Positions 16,816 to 27,840 of a DNA stretch of 38,738 bases are shown here, one piece after another. The notes beneath the pieces were generated by a model. That model searched no databases and was not told where the DNA came from. It saw only the letters and a program-made list of their open reading frames with translations. The DNA comes from Bdellovibrionota bacterium. Its GTDB lineage: Bacteria; Bdellovibrionota; UBA1018; UBA923. Each line of letters starts with the position of its first letter. The first letter of the stretch is position 1. The DNA lies in assembly GCA_040754655.1 (NCBI GenBank), contig JBFMCE010000032.1, positions 1-38,738 on the forward strand. The letters run 5' to 3'. The position numbers were made by a program, and so were the translations under genes.

Positions 16816-18071
16816 GAAAAGTCGTACCTGCGCAAGACGTCGATTGCTGATTTAAAACCCAGCCTCACGATTTCGGTCATTCTTCGGCCCGAAAGATTGA
16901 AATGATCGCCGAAGAACATCTGATGGTCTTTTGATTTGGGATGAATATAAATGTAGTCCACGTTTTCCTTGAAGTTTAGCTTCCGAGAAAGCTGATCCAG
17001 GCACTGAGTCCTCAGGTGCTCAGGAAGGTTGTGTTCTTTAAAGAAGCGAGAAACCGTCTCATGGGCTACCGCATGACGCTCTTGAGTCTCGATGAAGAAT
17101 TGAATCTTTCTTTCAATCATGAGGTAAAGCGCTTGAATCATGACCGCCGGGATGCCGTACTGGTGTAGCGAGCCGATCGCCCTGGAATAATGGTACGGCT
17201 GGTGCGTGTAACTTGCGATGATCAAGTCTGCGCCAGCGTCGAAAGCCACGTGGGTTGATAAAGTGTCGCGGATTTCGCCGTCAAAATAATAAAGTGGATT
17301 GCCCTTCTCATTTTTGATCGGGTACGGCGAGAATATCAAAGGCAGCGCCGTGCTGGCGGCGCAAGCATCCGAGATATTCGTGGTATTGATATAGCTCACG
17401 GTCTTGTCGTCGGGCATGTATTTGTATTTGCCGAAAACGACTTTCCTGGAGTGGTTGAGCTGGGTCGCCAATATAAACAGGTCTGGTTCATAACTTTGGA
17501 AGTCGTTCGAAGGGAGCACGTCCTCCCTTAAGTATTTTTCAATGCCCGAGGTCGTGAATATGCCCGGGAGTTTGAGCCATTTCCATTTAAAGAGGTTCTC
17601 GTAAGAATCTTTGGCGAGTTTTCGAGCGAAGTTGCCTAACGCCGGAAGCTTTCCGACGTCGGTGATCGCGCCGAGCATGTCGAGCAGGCTGGCATCCTTC
17701 CGCAATGAGAACATGGTGGTGTAATTGAGCCTTTTTAAAGACCTCGCATTAGAATCAGCCTGTCTTTTGCCAAGAAATGCGTCAAAGATCTGATCGAGGC
17801 TGTAACCGCTTGCTAGGTATGAGCAAATAATGCTTCCGGCGCTTGAGCCGACATAAATAGAGATCTCACGGCCGGAAGAATCTTCCATCTTTACCCGGTC
17901 GGGGTCGCCTGCGGCCTCGCGCTTAAGGCCCCCACAGAATTTAAACCCCTTTTCTTGAAGCGCGAGAGCCACGCCCAGGTGGAAGGCCCCGGCTTTTGCT
18001 GCACCACCGCTACAAACGAATGCTATTTTAGACTTTTTGGGGATCTTGATGCGACGACGGCGTTGATCCAT
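16812..18071 (-). CDS. Patatin-like phospholipase
   Basis: SGGAAKAGAFHLG, catalytic GSSAG, DGE variant of the DGG motif; stop overlaps the ampG start (ATGA). Confidence 0.88.
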   Translation of the reverse strand: MDQRRRRIKIPKKSKIAFVCSGGAAKAGAFHLGVALALQEKGFKFCGGLKREAAGDPDRVKMEDSSGREISIYVGSSAGSIICSYLASGYSLDQIFDAFLGKRQADSNARSLKRLNYTTMFSLRKDASLLDMLGAITDVGKLPALGNFARKLAKDSYENLFKWKWLKLPGIFTTSGIEKYLREDVLPSNDFQSYEPDLFILATQLNHSRKVVFGKYKYMPDDKTVSYINTTNISDACAASTALPLIFSPYPIKNEKGNPLYYFDGEIRDTLSTHVAFDAGADLIIASYTHQPYHYSRAIGSLHQYGIPAVMIQALYLMIERKIQFFIETQERHAVAHETVSRFFKEHNLPEHLRTQCLDQLSRKLNFKENVDYIYIHPKSKDHQMFFGDHFNLSGRRMTEIVRLGFKSAIDVLRRYDFS

Positions 18072-18126
18072 AGCTCTTTAAGGGATGGTACTTTACTTTC
18101 CCGCTTGGTGAAAATAAAATCTTCTA

Positions 18127-18528
18127 ATGATGGTGGGAGGTTACGGGGATATGATCGGTCCGTCTCACGGTGAGAATAGAATAGAACAGTGGATTCCAAT
18201 CCTGGATTATGCGGTGCTTACAGGCATGAGCACCTCGACGTTGCGTCGATACATCAAGGCAAAGAAAATTCCTTATAAAATTGAAAACGGACGTTACCTT
18301 CTGCTGGCGGACTCTCGACTTGCCGAACAATATGCGCAGCAAAAAAGCCCGCAACGCCGGATACGATCAAATTGGGACGGTGTGGGCGATGGAATCGAAG
18401 TAGGTCCTTCGATCGACAACAGGGTACGTGAGCTTGAAGAAAAACTGGTTCGAGCCCAAGAGCAAATCAGTGAACTTAAAATGCTTGTGGCGATATATGA
18501 AGAAAAGCTCGCGCAGTCAGATCACTAA
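18127..18528 (+). CDS. Small HTH (MerR/excisionase-like) DNA-binding protein with C-terminal coiled coil
   Basis: ILDYAVLTGMSTSTLRRYIKAKKIPYKIENGRY HTH-wing; heptad VRELEEKLVRAQEQISELKMLV. The start may be 18127 or 18151. Confidence 0.7.
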   Translation: MMVGGYGDMIGPSHGENRIEQWIPILDYAVLTGMSTSTLRRYIKAKKIPYKIENGRYLLLADSRLAEQYAQQKSPQRRIRSNWDGVGDGIEVGPSIDNRVRELEEKLVRAQEQISELKMLVAIYEEKLAQSDH

Positions 18529-20002
18529 AGGATTTTTTCAGAGCGGCATCCTCGGCACGGCTTTTTTTTTGTCGCTGGGTTCTGTTCAATTGGCATTTTC
18601 AGATTCTGACCCGAATCAACTTTTATCCTTCAAGAAAATCTATATTGAACCTGTTCAAGACAACGTCGACGGGACATTCAATGAACCGGTAGCGCAGTCT
18701 TATCGTGAGGTCTTCGACAGAAACCAGAGATTCGAGTTGGTGAACTCAAAGGAAGAGGCCAATGCGACGGTACAGACGAAGATCGATAAAAAGGCTACCG
18801 GCATTGATCTAGAAATCTCACTATTCATACCTTCCACCGGCGAGACCTTCTCTACGGATCGAGCGACCGTTCCTGCCGGAACCGAGGGCAAAGAAACCGG
18901 CATCACCGTCAAAGGGCTCTTGAAGACCGTTTTAAAGCGGATTCCGTTTTATGGAACCGTGACGGGACGCGAAGGAACTGAGCTTACTTTCGACATTGGC
19001 TCGGCCCACGGTTTGCGGCCCGGCGATATCGTTCAGATTTCGCGGATCGATCAAATCAAGCGCCATCCGCTTTTAAAGGCGATCGTAGACGTGCAATTGG
19101 TCGCCGTAGGCAATGCAGCGATCGAACAGACCGAGGATACGATTTCTTTTGGGCGCGTATACACCGAGATCACTGGCGAACAGATCAGGAAATTCTACAA
19201 AGTGACGGCCATCGAGGGTCATTTGCCCGATGAGAAAAAGGCGTCACCTCAAGATCCTGGTCTTCTCGAGGCGAATGAGAAAGATGATCAAGACAAGCCG
19301 CATATTGGATTTCTTGGTCTAGGCGTGCTCATGTCTTCGTTCGCTTCTTCGACGTCGCAAAGCTCTACGCAGGTAGGCGGGGCGCGCACTTTCTCGGGTT
19401 CAGCTTTCAATCCGGGGTTTCAACTCAACGGCGAGGTTTGGCTTACGAAAAACTGGTTCGTAGATTTGCTGTTCGGCGCTTCGACCATGTCGTTTCGGCA
19501 AATAGACACCTCGATCGAGCCGGCTCCTCAAGGCACCGGAGTGGGTTCGAGCAATAGGGCGTTTAGCATTAATGCCGGGTACAAGTATCTTCCGACGGGT
19601 TCGATCTACGGGCCTCAGGTTTACCTGAAGCTGGGTTACTATAATTTTTCATTTGGCACTACGGCGGAAGCCGCAAGCTTGTTGTCTTCCAAGACCTATT
19701 CAGCGCTCAATCTCGGCATTGGAGGTTCTCTGCCGGTCGAGCGTTCGAATAAATGGGGCGTTTTATTGAATCTCAATGTTCTGTTGTTTCCTAGCTTGGA
19801 AGAAGACGCGGCTTTTAGATCTGGAACAAATTCTTCGGCAAGTGGCGTGAATTTCTTCGTGGGCGGGTATCATTACCTGAGCAATCGCCTGTCGGTTCGG
19901 GCGGGCTTTCAATTCGATAGCTACTCTGCCGATTTCGAAGAAGGCTCATCGACGAATCAGAGGGTCATCGGTTTCATGCCCTCGGTTCTTTATCACTTCT
20001 GA
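18497..20002 (+). CDS. Exported protein with periplasmic domains and a C-terminal outer-membrane beta-barrel
   Basis: Signal peptide from ATG 18497; FlgT-C-like stretch DIGSAHGLRPGD; beta-strand-rich C-half ending in an aromatic residue (VLYHF). Confidence 0.65.
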   Translation: MKKSSRSQITKGFFQSGILGTAFFLSLGSVQLAFSDSDPNQLLSFKKIYIEPVQDNVDGTFNEPVAQSYREVFDRNQRFELVNSKEEANATVQTKIDKKATGIDLEISLFIPSTGETFSTDRATVPAGTEGKETGITVKGLLKTVLKRIPFYGTVTGREGTELTFDIGSAHGLRPGDIVQISRIDQIKRHPLLKAIVDVQLVAVGNAAIEQTEDTISFGRVYTEITGEQIRKFYKVTAIEGHLPDEKKASPQDPGLLEANEKDDQDKPHIGFLGLGVLMSSFASSTSQSSTQVGGARTFSGSAFNPGFQLNGEVWLTKNWFVDLLFGASTMSFRQIDTSIEPAPQGTGVGSSNRAFSINAGYKYLPTGSIYGPQVYLKLGYYNFSFGTTAEAASLLSSKTYSALNLGIGGSLPVERSNKWGVLLNLNVLLFPSLEEDAAFRSGTNSSASGVNFFVGGYHYLSNRLSVRAGFQFDSYSADFEEGSSTNQRVIGFMPSVLYHF

Positions 20003-20014
20003 GCTCCATTGTAA

Positions 20015-22087
<2,073 letters not shown>

Positions 22088-22116
22088 AAGTCTGGCAAGG
22101 TCAGCCAGGGGCTTAA

Positions 22117-23529
22117 ATGAAAGTAAAAACAGTTTATTCCTGCCAAAATTGCGCAGCGCAAACTCCCAGATGGATGGGAAAATGCCCGGAATGCAACCAG
22201 TGGAATACCCTCGTTGAAGAAACCTATAAAGATGTCAGTCAAGCGGATGCCAAGGGCCATGCGGCTTTTCGAAACGCGATAAAAATGGAGGCGGGTCTTG
22301 AAGGCCGACAGACCACCCCGCTTCGCCTCAATGAGATTCATGGTGACGATGGCGTGCGCACGACCACGCGCTTTACGGAGCTGGATCGTGTTTTAGGCGG
22401 CGGAGTCGTGCCCGGAAGCCTCATCCTTATTGGAGGTGATCCCGGGATCGGAAAATCAACGATTCTCATGCAAGGTTTTAGCGCGGACAGCAAAGCTGGC
22501 AGCAGCAAGATCCTTTATGTCTCGGGCGAGGAAAGCGCGCAACAAATCAAATTGCGCGCTATTCGTTTGGGCATGAGCGACGAGAATCTTTTCATTTACG
22601 CCGAGAATCAGCTCGAAGCCGTTCTTGAGGCGGTTCAAAAAATTAAACCAGGTTTGTTGATCATAGACAGCATTCAAACGCTCTTTTCAAGCAACGTACA
22701 ATCAGCCCCCGGAAGCGTCTCCCAAGTTCGGGAATGCACGGCTAAACTCATGGTCACCGCGAAAACTCTTGGCATCGCGACGTTTATCGTCGGTCATGTC
22801 ACCAAAGACGGGAGCATCGCCGGTCCTAAGGTATTGGAACACATGGTGGATACGGTTCTCTATTTTGAAGGCTCAAACAACCACGCGTACCGCATCTTGA
22901 GAGCCGTGAAGAACAGGTTCGGTTCAACCAACGAGATTGGAGTGTTTGAGATGGCCCATGCGGGCCTTCGCGAGGTTTCCAATCCCTCGGAACTTTTCCT
23001 GCAAGAGCGCCCGATCAATGCGCCTGGTACCGTAGTGGTTTCAGCGATCGAAGGCTCGAGGCCTCTTTTAGTCGAGGTACAGGCGCTTGTGAGCGCAAGC
23101 ACATTGAACATGCCGCGCAGAACTACCCTGGGCGTTGATCACAATAAGATTTCCCTTCTGGTCGCGGTCATCGAAAAGAAACTGGGATTGCCGCTTTATG
23201 GGCATGATGTGTTCGTAAACGTCGCGGGGGGAATCAAGCTTGATGAGCCTGCAGCGGATCTTGGGGCGGCGCTTGCGCTGATCAGCAGCTTTCGAAATCA
23301 GCCGATCGATTCAAAACTCTTGGTTTGCGGTGAAGTGGGGCTTGCAGGCGAGGTGCGCCGGGTTGCTCAATTGGATCTCAGGCTCGCAGAAGCAGAAAGA
23401 CTGGGATTTCGGTCTGCGATCGTTCCTAAGTCGAGCCTTGGCGCTTTGCCTCAATCCGAGAAAAAGAACCGAAGCATCTCGATCATCGGCGTGAGCAATC
23501 TTGCCGAAGCGGTCGATGCGATCAGCTAG
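22117..23529 (+). CDS. radA: DNA repair protein RadA/Sms
   Basis: N-terminal C4 Zn finger, Walker A GDPGIGKS, KNRFG motif, Lon-like C-terminal domain. Confidence 0.98.
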   Translation: MKVKTVYSCQNCAAQTPRWMGKCPECNQWNTLVEETYKDVSQADAKGHAAFRNAIKMEAGLEGRQTTPLRLNEIHGDDGVRTTTRFTELDRVLGGGVVPGSLILIGGDPGIGKSTILMQGFSADSKAGSSKILYVSGEESAQQIKLRAIRLGMSDENLFIYAENQLEAVLEAVQKIKPGLLIIDSIQTLFSSNVQSAPGSVSQVRECTAKLMVTAKTLGIATFIVGHVTKDGSIAGPKVLEHMVDTVLYFEGSNNHAYRILRAVKNRFGSTNEIGVFEMAHAGLREVSNPSELFLQERPINAPGTVVVSAIEGSRPLLVEVQALVSASTLNMPRRTTLGVDHNKISLLVAVIEKKLGLPLYGHDVFVNVAGGIKLDEPAADLGAALALISSFRNQPIDSKLLVCGEVGLAGEVRRVAQLDLRLAEAERLGFRSAIVPKSSLGALPQSEKKNRSISIIGVSNLAEAVDAIS

Positions 23530-23542
23530 CATTGATCGATCT

Positions 23543-25036
23543 CTAATGTTTTAACATCTCGATCGCTGAGTTCCAGGCCTTGATGTGTTGCAATCGCGTC
23601 GCTTTCGGCATGCTTGAATGGAAGGTCTTGTCTGATTTCCAGGCCTTTTCAATGTCTGAAAAATCTTTCCACATTCCTATCCCAAGGCCGGCCGCGAAAA
23701 TTGCACCCAAGGCCGTAGTCTCAACCATTTTAGGGCGCAAGAGCTTGAGATCGAGGATATCAGCCTGAAATTGCATCAACAGATCGTTTCTGCATGCACC
23801 GCCATCGACATTGAGCGAACGCATCCGCGAACCCAGATCTTGTTCCATGGCGCGCAGGATATCATAGTTCATGAAAGCAATGCCCTCGAGCACCGCTCTT
23901 GCCATATGGCCTTTGTTTGTGCCCCGGGAAATTCCGAAAAACGCCGCGCGAGCAAGCGGCATCCAATGAGGCGCGCCGATGCCGGTGAAGCCAGGCACAA
24001 AGGTGACGCCATCGCTTGAGACGACCGATCTTGCGAGCGTTTCGATGTCAGAGGATTTTTTAATCAAACCTACCCCGTCGCGCAGCCACTGTACGGCAGC
24101 TCCGGCGGTGAAGGCGCCGCCTTCAAGCGCGTATGTTGTTTTTGCGCCAATTTTCCAAGCCACTGTTGACAAGAGGCGGTGGGCAGAGCGCCGTATTTTG
24201 CTTCCAGTGTTCATTAAAATGAATGAGCCGGTTCCATATGTGCACTTGGCCATGCCTTCGTGCACGCAAGCTTGCCCCAAAAGGGCCGCTTGCTGGTCGC
24301 CCAGCATGCCATGAATAGGGATTCCATCGGCAAGTCCCGGTACTTTGCGGGTGACGCCGAAGTTTTGAGTCGATCCGATAACTTCTGGCAGCATGTCTTT
24401 CGGAACACCAAAAAGTTTCAAAAGTTCTTCATCCCAACTCAGCGTCTCAATATTGTAGAGCAAAGTGCGGGAGGCGTTCGAGGGTTCAGTGACATGGGCT
24501 TTGCCGCCCGTAAGACGGTGCACTAGATAGGCATCAATGGTTCCGAACGCGCAGTCTCCGGCCCTTGCGGCCTTGCCGACAACACCGATGTTCTCGAGCG
24601 CCCAAGAAATTTTCGATCCGCTGAAATAGGGATCTAGCAAGAGCCCCGTTTTTTTCCCTATCAGGGATTCATGACCTTCGTGTTTCAATTTCTCGCAAAA
24701 ATCAGCGGTCCTGCGGTCTTGCCAGACGATGGCGTGACAAAGAGGGTCGCCTGTTTTCTTGCTCCAAAAGCACGCGGTTTCCCTTTGATTGGTAATGCCG
24801 ATCGCTGAAATATTTTTTCCGCCCGATTTTAGGTTTTTAAGAACTGTTTTTATGGCTTTTAAAGTTGAGCGCCAAATGTCATCGAGGTCGTGCTCGACCC
24901 AACCTGGTTTTGGATAGATCTGCCGGAATTCAACGTTATGCGAGGCTAGAACCTCTAATTTGCGGTTCACTACGAGCGCGGTCGTACCCGTTGTTCCTTG
25001 GTCAATCGCCAAAAGAAGTTCGCCTTTTTTCGTCAT
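23543..25036 (-). CDS. glpK: Glycerol kinase
   Basis: AIDQGTTGT, GITNQRET, WQDRRT, DPYFSGSK, GDQQAAL, KCTYGTGSF, YALEG. Confidence 0.97.
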   Translation of the reverse strand: MTKKGELLLAIDQGTTGTTALVVNRKLEVLASHNVEFRQIYPKPGWVEHDLDDIWRSTLKAIKTVLKNLKSGGKNISAIGITNQRETACFWSKKTGDPLCHAIVWQDRRTADFCEKLKHEGHESLIGKKTGLLLDPYFSGSKISWALENIGVVGKAARAGDCAFGTIDAYLVHRLTGGKAHVTEPSNASRTLLYNIETLSWDEELLKLFGVPKDMLPEVIGSTQNFGVTRKVPGLADGIPIHGMLGDQQAALLGQACVHEGMAKCTYGTGSFILMNTGSKIRRSAHRLLSTVAWKIGAKTTYALEGGAFTAGAAVQWLRDGVGLIKKSSDIETLARSVVSSDGVTFVPGFTGIGAPHWMPLARAAFFGISRGTNKGHMARAVLEGIAFMNYDILRAMEQDLGSRMRSLNVDGGACRNDLLMQFQADILDLKLLRPKMVETTALGAIFAAGLGIGMWKDFSDIEKAWKSDKTFHSSMPKATRLQHIKAWNSAIEMLKH

Positions 25037-25078
25037 AGACTTACGATATCTAGCGGGGAGGCGACCAAATGAAAAGTC

Positions 25079-25288
25079 TTATCGAATCGATGCCGGAGAC
25101 TCGCAACCCGGGCATCCCGCCGCGACATCTTGAGCCAGAGCCTTCCAAAGCCTTCCTATCGATCTTCTGATTTGAAAGTCGATGGCGAAAAACACGCCCA
25201 CGATGACCACCGTCGCCACGACGTATTCGATCAGGGCTTGTCCTCGTTTACGGCGCTTAACCCTGTTTTGAGCAATTTCTTGAATCAT
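25079..25288 (-). CDS. Small Flp/TadE-like prepilin (69 aa)
   Basis: Basic leader then KRG|QALIEY prepilin cleavage motif with Glu+5, hydrophobic helix, C-terminal CPGC; TTGACC-N16-TACAAT just upstream. Confidence 0.7.
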   Translation of the reverse strand: MIQEIAQNRVKRRKRGQALIEYVVATVVIVGVFFAIDFQIRRSIGRLWKALAQDVAAGCPGCESPASIR

Positions 25289-25325
25289 ATTCTCAATTGT
25301 AGTTAGATGTAGTTTAGGGTCAATT

Positions 25326-25868
25326 ATGCGGAAGTATATACTAGGTGTTTTGGTCACTGTGGTCGTCGTCGGAATCATTGTCCTGGCTGAGCGTTCTTGG
25401 AGGGTAAACCGCCCTATTCCAAACGTCTCGCAGGCAGAAGGGCAAAGTTTACCGATCGACATCAAATTTCGAAGCTTTCCCGCCAAAGAAGAAGTCTCGT
25501 TCGAGAAGTTCAAGGGAAAAGTATTGGTCATCAACTTTTGGGCGAGTTGGTGTGAAGCCTGTATGGCAGAAATGCCTAGCATTCAAAAACTCTATGATAC
25601 ACTGAAGAGTGAAGGGCTAGAGGTATTGGCGATCAATGTTGATGAAAACCCTGATAAGGTTGTTCCTCATATTGTGAGCAAGCTTGGTTTGAGTTTTCCG
25701 GTATTCACCGATGCCGGCGGCGAGCTTGCGAGCGCTTTTGAAGTTGTGGCCATCCCTTTCAGTGTTGTTACGGATAGAGAGCATAAGATCGTGTGGTCCG
25801 AAAGTGGCGAGAGAGATTGGGCATCAGAAGGCGTGATGGCCGAAATAAGGAAACTATTGAAGAACTAA
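25326..25868 (+). CDS. TlpA/ResA-family membrane-anchored thiol-disulfide oxidoreductase
   Basis: N-terminal TM anchor, KGKVLVINFWASWCEACMAEMP, cis-Pro motif AIP. Confidence 0.92.
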   Translation: MRKYILGVLVTVVVVGIIVLAERSWRVNRPIPNVSQAEGQSLPIDIKFRSFPAKEEVSFEKFKGKVLVINFWASWCEACMAEMPSIQKLYDTLKSEGLEVLAINVDENPDKVVPHIVSKLGLSFPVFTDAGGELASAFEVVAIPFSVVTDREHKIVWSESGERDWASEGVMAEIRKLLKN

Positions 25869-25876
25869 GAGTGCAT

Positions 25877-26572
25877 ATGAGCCTTCCATTATTTATTCAT
25901 CAAAATAACCGTCTCTCAATGGCGCTTCTGTGCGGGGTGGCTTTCTTCTTTGGATACTCGGTTCCAAATCATTATCATCTTTTCGAACCGCAGCTTCTTC
26001 CTCTGACTGAGCTTGATCGCGCGATTCCATTTTTGCCTTGGAGCATCTTCGTCTACACGAGCGAGTATGTTTTATTCGTGAGCGCCTATTTTGTTTATAA
26101 AGAAGAGCTCAATCGAAACCGGTACGTTTGGGCGTATCTGGGTGTTTTGCTCGTCGGCATGATCTTCTTCGTCTTTTTTCCCACGACTTATCCCCGGAAT
26201 GATTATCCTCTTCCAACGGATCTTCATCCGCTGACGTATTCGATTTTTGCGTGGTTGCGCAATATTGATAATCCCAGCAATTGTTTTCCGTCGATGCATG
26301 TGGCTTGCTGTTTTCTGACGGCATTTTCTTTTTTGCCGAAATCTGAGTCGCGGGCGACTTTTTGGATCTATTTTGTTTGGGCCACCCTCATCGCTCTTTC
26401 GACCCTGCCGACGAAACAACACTATGTGGTCGATGTCTTAGGCGGATTAGTGCTTTCTTGGCTGGGTTACTGGGTGTTCTTCAAGAAGACGCGTTATATC
26501 CCGTTAGCTGAGTATGCCACCCGCATCAGGGCTTTTAGCAGGTCGCTTTTATTGAGAGAACCAAGATCTTAA
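25877..26572 (+). CDS. PAP2-superfamily membrane phosphatase/phosphotransferase (Aur1/IPC-synthase-like)
   Basis: Multiple TMs; FFPTTYPR, NCFPSMHVA, QHYVVDVLGG motifs. Confidence 0.85.
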   Translation: MSLPLFIHQNNRLSMALLCGVAFFFGYSVPNHYHLFEPQLLPLTELDRAIPFLPWSIFVYTSEYVLFVSAYFVYKEELNRNRYVWAYLGVLLVGMIFFVFFPTTYPRNDYPLPTDLHPLTYSIFAWLRNIDNPSNCFPSMHVACCFLTAFSFLPKSESRATFWIYFVWATLIALSTLPTKQHYVVDVLGGLVLSWLGYWVFFKKTRYIPLAEYATRIRAFSRSLLLREPRS

Positions 26573-26595
26573 GAGAGCAGCTGCGAAATCTCGAA

Positions 26596-27837
26596 TCAAA
26601 ACACCGCCTCAGCCAATCCCGGGTGAGCCATCTGCGAAATCAGCGCCTGATAACTTGGGCAATCGAGGATCGCAATCCTGGGTTTAGCTCCCACGCGCAA
26701 GTGTCCCTGCGTGGCCTGCATCCCAAGCGCGCGGGCTCCTCCGAAAGTCGCGGCAGCAAAAGCTTCGGGCATCGTAAATCCCATCTGAAGGCACGCAAGC
26801 GAGAGGATGAAGGGCAGATGCAACGTCGGAGAGCTGCCCGGATTGAAGTCCGTAGAGAGCGCAAAGCAAAGTCCGGCTCTTCGCATGCGCTCAACCGGTG
26901 GGTAGCCGATTCCTAGAAAAAGCGCCGTCGAAGGGAGAAGGACGGCCACCACTCCGGCCTCAGCCATTGCGCGAAGGCCATTGTCGTTCGCCTTGAGCAA
27001 ATGGTCTGCCGAGAGAGCGCCTAATTCCGCCGCAAGGGCTGCCCCGCCCACATCGGCAAGCTCATCGGCGTGCAGTTTGATCTTCAAACCAAGTTTCTGG
27101 GCTGCTTTCAACAGCCGACGCGATTGTTCGAGATCAAAATAGCCCTCATCAAAGAAAACATCGCAGGCATCCGCGAGGTTCTGTTTTGCGACCTGAGGCA
27201 GCATTTCATCCACAACCTTGTCCACATATGCATTGCGCTGTTGAGCCGTAAGAGTTCCCGGAGGAAATGCGTGAGCGCCTAAAAAAGTCGTTTGAAACGT
27301 GATCTTGTTGGCGTACTTGCGCTTAAGCTTCTGCGCCACGCGCAGTTGCTTGCGCTCATTTTCCCAGTCAAGTCCGTAACCCGATTTGATCTCAAGCACG
27401 CCGACTCCCAAGGCGAGGTAGCTTTCGACGCGCTCACAAGCCAATTTAAATAGATCTTGTTCACTAATCTCGCGCGTGGCCGCGACGCTGTTTTTGATTC
27501 CTCCGCCAGCCGCCGCGATCTGCTGGTAGGTCGAGCCCGCGAGGCGCATTGCGAATTCATGGTGCCTGCTGCCGGCGAAGGCAAGGTGGGTATGGCAGTC
27601 CACAAGGGCGGGCATCAACGTTTTTCCTTTGAGGCGAATGCGCTTTGCACCTCGCACCAAGGTCTTGGGAATTTCTTTTGTCTCGCCTAACCAGAGAATT
27701 CCTTTGCTCGAATCCCATAACAAAGCGCCATCGTTGAAAATCCCTAGATCCTCGGTGGTGATGCCAACGCCCTGTTTGCGCGCGACACCCGCGTTCGTTA
27801 CGAGTTCCGTGATATCTGAGTATAAAATGCGTGGCAT
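26596..27837 (-). CDS. hutI: Imidazolonepropionase
   Basis: DCHTHLAFAGSR, EIKSGYGL, FLGAHA, KLHADEL, SADHL, STDFNPGSSP. Confidence 0.96.
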   Translation of the reverse strand: MPRILYSDITELVTNAGVARKQGVGITTEDLGIFNDGALLWDSSKGILWLGETKEIPKTLVRGAKRIRLKGKTLMPALVDCHTHLAFAGSRHHEFAMRLAGSTYQQIAAAGGGIKNSVAATREISEQDLFKLACERVESYLALGVGVLEIKSGYGLDWENERKQLRVAQKLKRKYANKITFQTTFLGAHAFPPGTLTAQQRNAYVDKVVDEMLPQVAKQNLADACDVFFDEGYFDLEQSRRLLKAAQKLGLKIKLHADELADVGGAALAAELGALSADHLLKANDNGLRAMAEAGVVAVLLPSTALFLGIGYPPVERMRRAGLCFALSTDFNPGSSPTLHLPFILSLACLQMGFTMPEAFAAATFGGARALGMQATQGHLRVGAKPRIAILDCPSYQALISQMAHPGLAEAVF

Positions 27838-27840
27838 TGG

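Noticed and set aside
25289..25582. 167-aa version of the prepilin ORF
   Set aside because: The extension is antisense to tlpA; a promoter and ATG at 25288 explain the real 69-aa gene.
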